From the NCBI GenBank assembly GCA_021157525.1, contig JAGGWK010000037.1, forward strand, positions 34,867 through 98,866: DNA of 64,000 nucleotides, given 5' to 3'. A program made the position numbers and the translations under genes. The DNA comes from Candidatus Cloacimonadota bacterium (GTDB lineage Bacteria > Cloacimonadota > Cloacimonadia > Cloacimonadales > TCS61). The notes beneath the pieces were generated by a model that was not told where the DNA came from, did no database searches, and worked only from the letters and a program-made list of their open reading frames with translations. Positions 39,085-48,417 of the stretch are shown here, in pieces; position 1 is the first letter of the stretch, and every line of letters begins with the position of its first letter.

Positions 39085-39819
39085 TTATTCCCACAACCAA
39101 TCGGGATAATCGTCAGGATCCCAGTCATAATGATGATCAGGATTATATTCAAAACGCTCGGCACAGAAATAGCGGTTGGACTTTTCCCGATAATTCAGGA
39201 TGTCCCGCATCTCTGCCGCTCTGTCATAGCTCTGCTGGATGTTTGCGCCATAAAAGGTTGCATAGACCTCATCAGTATAGCTGTCCACCACATCATAGGA
39301 GCCCTCATCCGTTGCGCTGTAACGGTGCAAATACCCATTCCACACATAATATGGGTAGCCATTATACATGTAAAATCCATCAGGGTGATCTACCCACCAC
39401 CGAATCCATAGTCCTCGATAAAGATACATGGGAGGCACCAGATAATGGTACTGCATCGGCGTGTAATAATGTACATGGTGGGATGGTGTGCCGTGATAGG
39501 GCTTGTGCTTTTTCTGGGTGAAGACGGGTCTGTGAACTTTCAGTTTCTTGGCTTGATGCACCCCTTCAGAGTGTTTTACCCTCGTTGGGGAAGAGGAATA
39601 TATCTTTTTCCGTGGCAGTTTTTTCTTTTTACGGATGGGTGTTTTGGTGGCTTTTTCCGGAATAACGGATTCGCTATCTTCTTCCTTCGTATCCCGAATA
39701 CTCTCTTTGGCTTTTTGGGATGAATCTCCATTTACCTTATTGACCTTCTCCACCTGCTGACCAAACCCCGTCGTGCACATCCAAAGAAGCAGAGTAAAAA
39801 GCAGGACTCGTTTCATCAC
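39085..39819 (-). CDS. Hypothetical secreted protein with a Lys-rich linker and a Tyr/Trp/His-rich C-terminal domain
   Basis: Signal peptide MMKRVLLFTLLLWMCTTGFGQ. Basic stretch PIRKKKKLPRKK. The C-terminal ~130 aa are very rich in Y/W/H/D (YMYNGYPYYVWNGYLHRY...DHHYDWDPDDYPDWLWE). I recognise no family. Confidence 0.5.
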   Translation of the reverse strand: MMKRVLLFTLLLWMCTTGFGQQVEKVNKVNGDSSQKAKESIRDTKEEDSESVIPEKATKTPIRKKKKLPRKKIYSSSPTRVKHSEGVHQAKKLKVHRPVFTQKKHKPYHGTPSHHVHYYTPMQYHYLVPPMYLYRGLWIRWWVDHPDGFYMYNGYPYYVWNGYLHRYSATDEGSYDVVDSYTDEVYATFYGANIQQSYDRAAEMRDILNYREKSNRYFCAERFEYNPDHHYDWDPDDYPDWLWE

Positions 39820-39825
39820 TCCCCC

Positions 39826-40113
39826 TTATTCGGTATAATGTTTGTAAAAATGTGCTGAGACCCGATCAAATTCATCTTTTCCCATGGTATCCAGCTGCAC
39901 GCCATTTTCTTCATCTTCAGAGAATACGTAGATATAGGCATCATCTTCGTCATCCTCGGGCTCGAGGGCAACATATTGCTTTCCTTCAAATTCAAAGTTT
40001 GCCAATACCAGACATTCTACAGCCCCCCCATCATCCCATTCCAGGGTGAGATATTCGTGGATGTGGTCTTCATCACCATGTTCGTGTTCTTCTTTTTTGT
40101 TACTCATTTTCAC
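39826..40113 (-). CDS. DUF1292-like small acidic protein
   Basis: 95 aa. The pattern LEWDDGGAVECLVLANFEFEGKQYVALEPEDD...YIYVF resembles the UPF0473/DUF1292 family. Confidence 0.6.
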   Translation of the reverse strand: MKMSNKKEEHEHGDEDHIHEYLTLEWDDGGAVECLVLANFEFEGKQYVALEPEDDEDDAYIYVFSEDEENGVQLDTMGKDEFDRVSAHFYKHYTE

Positions 40114-40182
40114 CTCGTTTATATAGTATAAGATGCCTGCTCCCAGGCAAGTAATTTATTCTGTCCCTGAATTATAACCAGA

Positions 40183-40503
40183 TTATTCTCCAGAGGATCC
40201 GGATGCAATATCATCCAGTACTTTGCGGCTTATTTTGCTTATCAAATTTTTGTTTTTCATCGTTTTTTTCCCGAATAACCCCTGAATGAGCACAAATATG
40301 CCGGTTAAGAAATAGGGGATGATGAGCAAAAGAATGACTTTTTCGGTGTAAAATCGTGCCGCAAGAAAAGCTGTGAGAGCCAATATCACCACACCGAGAA
40401 CCTGTAAAATCTTGAAGCAAAGGAGCTCGGTATGAATCTTATTGTGGTCTATTGTGCTCATGCTTCCCATAAAAGCTATCTCTTCATTGGTAAACTGTGA
40501 CAT
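40183..40503 (-). CDS. Hypothetical small membrane protein (two predicted TM helices)
   Basis: 106 aa with hydrophobic segments LQVLGVVILALTAFLAARF and VILLLIIPYFLTGIFVLIQGLF. AAGGAG RBS. Confidence 0.5.
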   Translation of the reverse strand: MSQFTNEEIAFMGSMSTIDHNKIHTELLCFKILQVLGVVILALTAFLAARFYTEKVILLLIIPYFLTGIFVLIQGLFGKKTMKNKNLISKISRKVLDDIASGSSGE

Positions 40504-40707
40504 AGTAACTCCTTTTGTTGAGAGGATTTTCTCCCGGTTTTAGCACCAACAGGGCCAAAACTTTCATGCCCTGTGCCAGCACTCGTTCATTAATGTCAAA
40601 CTGCGATGTGTGAGCAAGCATTTTTTTTCATTACCTTCTGGATGCAGACGTACAATACCAAAGAGGTTTGCCTCAAAAGCGATGAAATCGGTGATTCCCT
40701 TCATAGG

Positions 40708-43368
40708 TTATCCTGTAATTATCTGAAATTTGCTTTTGTAGCGCTCCAGCCAATGCTGATATTGCTGGCTAATGAGCTGGGTTCGATACTGCTCTTTGCT
40801 TTGTTCAAATTCCGCAGCGGGGACTTTGCGTATGCGGTCTATGCGATAGAAGAAAAATCGGTTACCCGGCAACGGCAACATCGGGCTCACGTAACCTTCG
40901 TCGCGGTTTATGATGTCTTCCAAGATGAGGCGGCTATATTCCAGACCGGGGATTTCGCTGCCCAGCTTCAGGTTTTTGGCATCCTGCCAGGGAGCTATGA
41001 AATACAGAGTGGAGTCAGGATCCTTTCCTCTGGCAATGGAATCCCGTAATTGGATGCCAAATTCCTTTGCCTGCTCTATTTTTCTCTGCTCGACAAATTT
41101 CTGCTCTATTTCCCCCAGAGCATCCTTAAAGCTCAACTGTTTGGATGTGCGGCGCTTGAGCATAAATACCACGCCATAACCGTCTGGACGTGTGACGATG
41201 CTGCTGTATTTTTCATTATGCCAAATGCGGAGCAGCTCTTGCTTGATATCCCCTATGGATCCGATGGGGCCGAAAGAGAGGGATGCATCCTGAAATGGCG
41301 TAACAAACCTATGGGCGGAATCGGCAAAGGTCTCAACCTGACCGTAATAGCGAGTGGAATCGAAAAAACTGCGGGCTTTTTTCAGAGCCAGGTCGTCTGC
41401 CTTGTTCCGCTGAAGCCGCCGGCGAATCATCTCCAGGGCGTCACTCCGGGAGAGAAAACCTCCCTTGTGATGGGTAAGATTAAGGCCAACGAGCCATCCA
41501 TCTTGGTAGGCTGCGGGCTGGGTTGTTTCGCCATCTTTTGTATGAATGCAGACCTCTTGAAGTTGCTTCGGCAGATTTTCCAGGGCGTAAATCTGGTTTG
41601 CATCCCATGGTGATCCCTCGTCCAGAAGAGCTGGAATAAGAACCAGGTTTTCTGGTGTGACAGGTAAACCGGCGATGTGATTGGCGCAGGCTAAACTCCT
41701 TGTAAATACCGGAATAAAGGAAACCGATTCCTCGCGGAACATCGTATTTTTGTTGTCATTGTAATACTGCTGGATTTCCCGGGGTTGAATTGTGATGGTG
41801 TCGGGAACGATAGGGAAGAAAACGCCGCCGATTTTAACGCTGTCCGGCGTGGTAAAATCTCGTTTCCGAGCGTTATAATAGTCTCGATATCCGGTGGTAT
41901 CAGCCACAACCACGGGGACATAGCGAGGCATAAATGCACTGATATCTTCAAAACTGGGCAGGTAATTTGTGAGCTGGGATTGTACGATAAAGAGCCAATC
42001 GGTAGATTTTCCCGGGATAATGCCCGAAGAATCTCCCTGTCGAATGAAGGTAACGACAGACCGTTCCGGCATTGTCTCCGGGGTAAATTTATCCAGGAAA
42101 AGCACTTTTTGTTGATACTCAATTCCCAGGTTTTTCATATAGGTTTCCACCGCTGTTTCATTCGGCAGCAGCCGATCGACCTCCTGCCGAATCTCGGCTC
42201 TGGAAGGCCGTTTGGCACCAAAGCCAAAGGATGACACCTCAGTGATGGGGTAGATGCACACCGATGCAGCGGGGACGATAAAATCATCGATATGATCCAT
42301 GAAATACTGGCGATACAGATGGCTATCCCTGCCTTGATGTTGAGCTTGCAAAAAATCCTTCCACACAGCAAAACGCGCATCTTTCATCAATAGAGGATGA
42401 GATGGAATACTCTGGATCACACGGTAGAGCAAAAACCCGTCTGGTCTCTGGATAGGCCGGGAAAAATGACTGGATTTTTCTACCACCGCCGCTTGAATGA
42501 CTGATGAGGGGATTGAGCCACAGGCATCATGCTCTGACAAAAATGGGGTGGTAAGGGTGCTGAAGCGATGATCGCGATTTTGGGTAAGATAAAGCTCATG
42601 GGCAACATCGGATGTGATGGCAATTTGCTGCTGTTTAAAGATTTCTGCGCCCCGGGCGTCTATCTGTTCGGCTGTGAGGGAATCGGTAGAAAGGGCCAGC
42701 TCTGCTTCCAGAAGATCTTTTGTGCGGCTGGCTGCAGAATCGGCAAAGGCACTGTAGGGAACCAGCAACAATTCCAGTTTTACCTGCTCAGGTGATTGGT
42801 AGTCATAGCGATGTTTGTGATAAAATTTCTCCACCTCGGTTCGGTTAATCGGCTCGGTTGTATTGAGGGCATCAATATCCATAATGGTGTAATGAATATC
42901 GATTTCTGCATTATCTAAGATAAAGAGTTCCAGGAGGTTGTTGTCGTCGATATCAAAACTGTTTTGCAGAATCGTTCTGGTTTTATCTATCAGCAGTTCA
43001 CGCTCCATTTCATTGAGGATTTTTTTGATTTCCGGCGCATTGCGGGCAGCTTCAAATTTCCGTTGGTCAAATTGGCCATCGGTGCTAAACCGGGGATGAG
43101 TAGCAAAGACATCAGAGAAAAAGGCATTTACCTCTTCTGTGCTGATCTCGATGTTTTGTTCTTGAGCATAGATGATGAGCAACTGCTCTTCGATGAGCTC
43201 CTGCATTGCTCGTTTATGGGCATCTTCCAGAGAATTTTCATTTTTGTAGCTGTTCATACGCTCATAAAGTAATGCCGAGTCTATGTCATAATTTCCCACA
43301 CGGGCAATGGGCTCTGCCAAGAGCAAACCCGCCATGGTGAGGAGTATCCAAACAATGTACTTTTTCAT
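40708..43368 (-). CDS. Large periplasmic SurA/PpiD-like protein (SurA_N-like N-terminus, degenerate parvulin-like segments)
   Basis: Signal peptide. The N-terminus (ARVGNYDIDSALLYERM...ELIEEQLLIIYAQEQNIEISTEEVNAFF) resembles the SurA N-domain. Several PDG[FY]-hydrophobic strand motifs recur (RPDGFLLYRV, RPDGYGVVFML). Confidence 0.45.
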   Translation of the reverse strand: MKKYIVWILLTMAGLLLAEPIARVGNYDIDSALLYERMNSYKNENSLEDAHKRAMQELIEEQLLIIYAQEQNIEISTEEVNAFFSDVFATHPRFSTDGQFDQRKFEAARNAPEIKKILNEMERELLIDKTRTILQNSFDIDDNNLLELFILDNAEIDIHYTIMDIDALNTTEPINRTEVEKFYHKHRYDYQSPEQVKLELLLVPYSAFADSAASRTKDLLEAELALSTDSLTAEQIDARGAEIFKQQQIAITSDVAHELYLTQNRDHRFSTLTTPFLSEHDACGSIPSSVIQAAVVEKSSHFSRPIQRPDGFLLYRVIQSIPSHPLLMKDARFAVWKDFLQAQHQGRDSHLYRQYFMDHIDDFIVPAASVCIYPITEVSSFGFGAKRPSRAEIRQEVDRLLPNETAVETYMKNLGIEYQQKVLFLDKFTPETMPERSVVTFIRQGDSSGIIPGKSTDWLFIVQSQLTNYLPSFEDISAFMPRYVPVVVADTTGYRDYYNARKRDFTTPDSVKIGGVFFPIVPDTITIQPREIQQYYNDNKNTMFREESVSFIPVFTRSLACANHIAGLPVTPENLVLIPALLDEGSPWDANQIYALENLPKQLQEVCIHTKDGETTQPAAYQDGWLVGLNLTHHKGGFLSRSDALEMIRRRLQRNKADDLALKKARSFFDSTRYYGQVETFADSAHRFVTPFQDASLSFGPIGSIGDIKQELLRIWHNEKYSSIVTRPDGYGVVFMLKRRTSKQLSFKDALGEIEQKFVEQRKIEQAKEFGIQLRDSIARGKDPDSTLYFIAPWQDAKNLKLGSEIPGLEYSRLILEDIINRDEGYVSPMLPLPGNRFFFYRIDRIRKVPAAEFEQSKEQYRTQLISQQYQHWLERYKSKFQIITG

Positions 43369-43563
43369 ATAAATCCTTATCATTAATTATTTTCTATCAT
43401 TCTCGTACCTGATTTCAGCTTTTTTGCAAAAAGGGGTTTTCTGTCAAAGTTATTCTTATTTTCCGTGTTAAAAGGGCGTAATCAACGGAGAATATTTTGA
43501 AAATTAAAAAAAGAGATTGTTTTTTTTTTGAACCTGAAAATAGTTGCTTTATGAGGAGTAATT

Positions 43564-45243
43564 ATGGAAAAACTCACTTTACGTTCAGCGTTTGAGGAAA
43601 CGGTCAAAAAATGGCCATTCCGCCCATCCTTATCGTGGGCAGATGATCAACCCATGAACTATGCCGAGCTTGCCGAAGCGGTTTCCAATCTCTCCCTGTT
43701 CTTACGCAAACTGGGAATTCATAAAGGCGATCGAGTGGCAATTGTAAGCGAAAACTGCCCCAACTGGGGAATTGCCTATCTGGCCATAACTACCTACGGG
43801 GCTATTGTAGTTCCCATCCTGCCGGAATTCCATGCCAGTGAAATTCAACACATTTTGCGGCATTCCGGAGCCAGCGCACTGTTTGTTTCACAGCGTTATT
43901 ACGATCGCATCGAAGATACCTCGTTCGATATTTTAAAAACCCTGATACTCATGAACGACTTCAGCATCATTCCGCCAGAGACATCAAAAGAAAAACTAAA
44001 CAGCATCCTGGAGAGTGGTCGCCGTGAATTTAATCGTCTGACAAATTCCGCATTGCAGTTTGCCGGTCTGATCTCGACGGAGCTAAATGAAGATGATGTG
44101 GCGGCGATTGTTTATACATCCGGTACTACAGGACATTCCAAAGGGGTGATGCTTACCCATCGTAACTTGGTATTTAATGCTCTGGACACCCTCAAGATTC
44201 AGACCATAGTTCACACCGATCGCCTACTGTCGGTTTTACCACTACCACACACCTATGAATGCACCATCGGTTTTATCATTCCCATGATCACAGGTGCATC
44301 AATATATTACCTGAAAAAACCACCCACCTCCCGAGTATTGTTACCGGCGATGCAAAAGATAAAACCTACCGTGATCCTCACTGTTCCCCTCATCATCGAG
44401 AAAACCTTCAAAACCAGGGTTTACCCTGCCCTCACCGGAAGTGTAGCAGGTAAAATCCTCTATTCTATCCCCTTTATCCGTAAAATTCTTCATCGGATCG
44501 CAGGACGCAAATTGATGCACTCCTTCGGTGGAAATCTGCATTTTTTCGGCATCGGCGGAGCAATGCTTTGCCCGGAAGTGGAGCGCTTTTTACGGGATGC
44601 AAAGTTTCCCTATGCTGTCGGTTATGGTCTCACGGAGACCTCGCCCCTCATCGCGGGATGCTCACCTGACGTAACCAAATATCGTGCCACCGGAACCATC
44701 CTGCCGGGATTGGATGTGAAAATCATCAACCCTGACGACAAAGGGGAAGGTGAGATCGTGGTAAAAGGTGACAGCGTAATGAAAGGCTATTATAAGGATG
44801 CGGCTCAAACCCGGGAAGTCTTTACTCCCGACGGCTACTTTCTTACCGGAGATTTGGGAATCATACGGAAAAACTACCTTTTCATTCGGGGCAGACTGAA
44901 AAATGTGATCATCGGCCCCAGTGGAGAAAACATCTATCCCGAAGAGATCGAAACAGCAATCAACGAATCGGAAAATGTTTTGGAATCTCTGGTATTTAGC
45001 CGGGAAAAGCGCATCATCGCCCGCATTTATCTCAACTATGAATTCTTCGACCAGGAACAGAAAAAGCACCATTATAACAGCACACAGATGCAGGATAAAA
45101 TCAACAAAGCCCTTGATGACATCAAAAAGAATGTCAACCAGCGGGTTTCCTCCTTCTCCCGCATTTCTGTTGTTATTGAACAGGCTGAGCCCTTTGAAAA
45201 GACACCCACACAGAAAATCAAACGTTATCTGTACACCGAATAA
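43564..45243 (+). CDS. AMP-dependent acyl-CoA synthetase (long-chain fatty acid-CoA ligase-like)
   Basis: AMP-binding motif IVYTSGTTGHSKGVMLTHRN, GYGLTETSP, TGDLG, and a C-terminal PTQKIKR. Confidence 0.85.
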   Translation: MEKLTLRSAFEETVKKWPFRPSLSWADDQPMNYAELAEAVSNLSLFLRKLGIHKGDRVAIVSENCPNWGIAYLAITTYGAIVVPILPEFHASEIQHILRHSGASALFVSQRYYDRIEDTSFDILKTLILMNDFSIIPPETSKEKLNSILESGRREFNRLTNSALQFAGLISTELNEDDVAAIVYTSGTTGHSKGVMLTHRNLVFNALDTLKIQTIVHTDRLLSVLPLPHTYECTIGFIIPMITGASIYYLKKPPTSRVLLPAMQKIKPTVILTVPLIIEKTFKTRVYPALTGSVAGKILYSIPFIRKILHRIAGRKLMHSFGGNLHFFGIGGAMLCPEVERFLRDAKFPYAVGYGLTETSPLIAGCSPDVTKYRATGTILPGLDVKIINPDDKGEGEIVVKGDSVMKGYYKDAAQTREVFTPDGYFLTGDLGIIRKNYLFIRGRLKNVIIGPSGENIYPEEIETAINESENVLESLVFSREKRIIARIYLNYEFFDQEQKKHHYNSTQMQDKINKALDDIKKNVNQRVSSFSRISVVIEQAEPFEKTPTQKIKRYLYTE

Positions 45244-45259
45244 TGTGTTAGGAGTATCA

Positions 45260-48200
45260 ATGAGAAACACCTTACTGACGATTCTCGCCCTTTTCGCCTT
45301 CTCGATTCAGGCACTGGAACCTCATTTCATGGATCAACCCGCTATCTCCCCTGATGGCGAGTCCATCTGTTTTCGTTATCTTTCCGATCTCTGGTCGGTA
45401 CCCTTCAAAGGGGGAGATGCACAGCGTCTTACCCAGGGTGAAGCTGTCGATTGGTCTCCCGTCTATTCTCCAGACGGCTCATCCATTGCCTTTGTATCCA
45501 ATCGTGAAGGGTGGAGTGGTATCTATCTCATCCCTGCACAGGGGGGCACCGCTACCCAGATAAGCCACACAAATTACCGTCTGAACGACTGGTTTCCCGA
45601 TGGGAAATCTCTGCTGGTAAGCTACTATACCACCGGCAAAGGGCATGGGTATTATCGCCTCTATCTGGATGGAGAAGTGCAGGAGCTTACCTTTATCAAT
45701 TCTACCAACGGTGTGCTTGATGCCTCCGGTACCAAAATCATCTACAGCCGCCGGGGATATATCACCCGCGAGCGTTATACTGGCAGCCACAATGGTGAAT
45801 TATGGGTCTATGACATCGCAAATAACAGTTTTGCCCGCCTTACCAATACGCCCTTTTCAGAATATTACCCTGTGTTCTCCCATATCTCACCAGAGGTGGT
45901 TTACTTCTCTGCTTCCGATGGAGAAGTGGCGCAGTTGTACCGGGCATCTTTGCAGGATGCGGAAAGCCGTACACCTCTCACGGATTTTTCTCAGTGGAGC
46001 GTGCGTCAAATCTCTATTGCCCGTACCTCAGACCGCATGGTTTTTACCAAATTTGATGAGCTGTGGCGCTATGATCCATCCAGGGAAAAAACAGAGAAAA
46101 TTCAGATCCGGATCAACGAAGACTTGCAGCGAAACGTTATTCATTGGAGCAGTGTGAAAAACAGTTTTGATAAATACGCTGTTTCTGCCGATGGCAAACT
46201 CATTGCTTTCAGCTACAAATTTGACCTCTTTGCCATGCCCGAAGAAGGAGGAGATGTAAAACAACTTACCTTCGACCATACAGGCATCAATGACGTCGAG
46301 ATTTTGTCTGACAACAAGACCATCCTCTTTACCAAGATGACCAATGGCGCACCGCATCTTTTTACCTTAGACATCACAAACCCTGAAAAACTTCATGCTG
46401 TTTCGTGGTCAAAAGACAAGCACATCGAGTCTATTACCGTCGATCGGGGCCATGTTTTCATCAATTATGCGCTGTTCAATCGCAAGCATTATCTGGCAAT
46501 TACCGACGAAAAGCTGAAATCCTTTTCGCTGCTTTTTGATGACCTCTTCATCTCAGACAGACCCGCTCTCAGCCCCGATGAACGGTATCTGCTTTGTACC
46601 GATGTTCGTCAGGGAGTGTGGAGCAGCGGACTTCATATATACGATCTGGAGCAGAAGGAAGATCATCAGGTGTATCTCTATCATGGATCGATATCCAACA
46701 CCTGTTGGGGAAAAGACAACCGCAGCATCTTTTTCTCCCGGGATGACGCTATCTGCCGCATGGATTTAGTGAAGCGGGATGACTTCTACACAGAAGAAGA
46801 TCACTGGAAAGATATCCTGCATCCAGAAGAAAAGAAGGATGACGCCGAAGAAGACAAAAACTCTGACGATAAAGATGATTCAAAGGATGAGGAAGAAATC
46901 CTTGCTGTCGATATCGATTTTCCGGATATCGATTTGCGGGTGAGTACGGTTGTATCCAAGCCAGGCTACAGCACCGTGGTTTATGTGGAAGATGATTCCA
47001 CCTTCTATTATCGCAATTATTTTGAAGAAAAATATACCCTGTGGAAAAGCGATTACGAAAACAAAAGTGATAAAAAAATCACTTCTCTTTCGGAAGATCA
47101 TGATGATCTGCGGTACAACAAAAAGAACAAGAGCTTCTATTATATAGATGCATCCAGACTGAAAAAGCTGAATCCCAACTCGAAGAAAACCGAAACTGTG
47201 AAAAATTCTTTCAAATATCGTTACGACAGTTTCCAGCTCAATGAAGAGGTATTCGTGCAGGCATGGGATGCTTTCTGGAATGGCTTTTATGATCCACAGA
47301 TGCACGGCGTGGACTGGAAAAAAAGCCTGAAAATCTACCGTCCTTACCTGAAATATGCACTCACTCCAGACATTATGGGGAAGATATTCCGTGAAATGAT
47401 GGGGGAAGTAAATGCCTCTCACACTGGGTTTTATCCTCGTAAAGAAGAAGAATATCCCAGCTATCCTGTCGCACAAATCGGTGCATCCTTCAATCTGAAA
47501 GATCGCCCCAAAAGGGGATTGATTTTGAACAAGGTGTATCGGAAATCGCAGCTCTATGATCCCTTTGACGTTCGTGCCGGAGACATCCTGCTGGAAGTGG
47601 ATGGAGTGAAGATAACCGATAAAACCGAGATCACACCACTTTTTGCCAACAAAGTAGGGGAGAAGATCCACTTGAAAATAGCACAGGGCAAAGAGACGAT
47701 TGACGCTGCAATAAAGGGCTTGAGCTGGTGGAGTAACTACAGTCTCTTTTATGATAACTGGGTGGAAGAGCGAAGAGCCAGGGTAGAAGCTGCTGCACCA
47801 AACCTGGGATATGCCCACATCCGCTCGATGAACTGGAGTAGTTACAACAAGTTTATGCAGGATCTGTTTGCCCGCAATGCCGACAAGGATGGGCTCATCA
47901 TCGATGTTCGGAATAATGGCGGAGGGTACATCCATGATTGGCTGGTCGAAGCTCTCACCAAAAAGCAATATGCCATCAGTTCCTCCCGTAATTTTGATGC
48001 ATCAAAAGTTAAATCTCCCGGAGAAATCTGGGATAAACCACTGGTACTTCTTATCAACGAGGATTCCTTCTCGGATGCAGAGATTTTCCCCAATCTGTTC
48101 CGGTATTTCAAGTTGGGCACCATTATCGGGATGCCCACCAGTGGTTCCGTGATTGGTACCGGCCACGAAACCTTTATGGATGGCTCCAGCATGCGTATGC

Positions 48201-48352
48201 CGATGAATGGCTGGTATCTGCTCGATGGCACAAATATGGAAGGTCACGGCGTACAACCGGACATCTATGTAGAACCCACTCCTCAGCAGATTATCGATGA
48301 CGATGACGTACAGTTGCAACGGGCTATCCTGGAGCTGAAGAAAAAAATATAA
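45260..48352 (+). CDS. Tricorn-protease-like S41 peptidase (beta-propeller + PDZ + S41 catalytic domain)
   Basis: Signal peptide. TolB/PD40-like repeats (SPDGESICF, SPDGSSIAFVSNREG). PDZ-like GDILLEVDG. S41 block IIDVRNNGGGYI...LLINEDSFSDAEIF. ATG at 45260 lies 5 nt after GGAG. The track's 44921 start is read-through from the upstream gene. Confidence 0.75.
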   Translation: MRNTLLTILALFAFSIQALEPHFMDQPAISPDGESICFRYLSDLWSVPFKGGDAQRLTQGEAVDWSPVYSPDGSSIAFVSNREGWSGIYLIPAQGGTATQISHTNYRLNDWFPDGKSLLVSYYTTGKGHGYYRLYLDGEVQELTFINSTNGVLDASGTKIIYSRRGYITRERYTGSHNGELWVYDIANNSFARLTNTPFSEYYPVFSHISPEVVYFSASDGEVAQLYRASLQDAESRTPLTDFSQWSVRQISIARTSDRMVFTKFDELWRYDPSREKTEKIQIRINEDLQRNVIHWSSVKNSFDKYAVSADGKLIAFSYKFDLFAMPEEGGDVKQLTFDHTGINDVEILSDNKTILFTKMTNGAPHLFTLDITNPEKLHAVSWSKDKHIESITVDRGHVFINYALFNRKHYLAITDEKLKSFSLLFDDLFISDRPALSPDERYLLCTDVRQGVWSSGLHIYDLEQKEDHQVYLYHGSISNTCWGKDNRSIFFSRDDAICRMDLVKRDDFYTEEDHWKDILHPEEKKDDAEEDKNSDDKDDSKDEEEILAVDIDFPDIDLRVSTVVSKPGYSTVVYVEDDSTFYYRNYFEEKYTLWKSDYENKSDKKITSLSEDHDDLRYNKKNKSFYYIDASRLKKLNPNSKKTETVKNSFKYRYDSFQLNEEVFVQAWDAFWNGFYDPQMHGVDWKKSLKIYRPYLKYALTPDIMGKIFREMMGEVNASHTGFYPRKEEEYPSYPVAQIGASFNLKDRPKRGLILNKVYRKSQLYDPFDVRAGDILLEVDGVKITDKTEITPLFANKVGEKIHLKIAQGKETIDAAIKGLSWWSNYSLFYDNWVEERRARVEAAAPNLGYAHIRSMNWSSYNKFMQDLFARNADKDGLIIDVRNNGGGYIHDWLVEALTKKQYAISSSRNFDASKVKSPGEIWDKPLVLLINEDSFSDAEIFPNLFRYFKLGTIIGMPTSGSVIGTGHETFMDGSSMRMPMNGWYLLDGTNMEGHGVQPDIYVEPTPQQIIDDDDVQLQRAILELKKKI

Positions 48353-48366
48353 ATCTACGAACATCA

Positions 48367-48401
48367 TAAAAGAGACGCTGAAATAAACAGCGTCTCTTTT
48401 G
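48367..48401. terminator. Bidirectional intrinsic terminator between convergent genes
   Basis: AAAAGAGACGCTG-aaataaa-CAGCGTCTCTTTT is a perfect 13-bp stem flanked by A-run and T-run. It sits between the tricorn-like gene (+) and the TPR gene (-). Confidence 0.85.
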
Positions 48402-48417
48402 CTATAATATATTGAGG

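Noticed and set aside
40564-40704. 46-aa minus-strand ORF (MKGITDFIAFEANLFGIVRLHPEGNEKKC...) starting 3 nt after the stop of the 886-aa gene.
   Set aside because: I can name no RBS and no recognisable family. It could be a gene remnant or chance ORF, and the evidence is insufficient.
44921-45259. Long N-terminal extensions in the ORF track (for example starts at 44921, 53988, 3515, 4579, 5276, 1403..2755 and 7096).
   Set aside because: In each case an internal ATG preceded by a GGAG-type RBS gives a canonical N-terminus or signal peptide. The extension overlaps the upstream gene or a terminator.
46880-47968. 362-aa minus-strand ORF inside the tricorn-like protease gene. Similar long antisense ORFs occur at 62509..63396, 44662..45270, 52789..53424, 26569..27183, 14067..14678 and 4882..5601.
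   Set aside because: Same explanation. I checked the frame only for this ORF: it is the codon-aligned antisense frame kept open by codon usage. For the others I assume the same cause. The products are low-complexity with no known motifs, and each overlaps a well-supported gene on the other strand.
47992-48007. Perfect 16-bp palindrome TTTTGATGCATCAAAA inside the tricorn-like gene.
   Set aside because: It is a single occurrence within coding sequence with no flanking structure. It is most simply another instance of the GATGCATC-type word enrichment, so it is not treated as a separate site.
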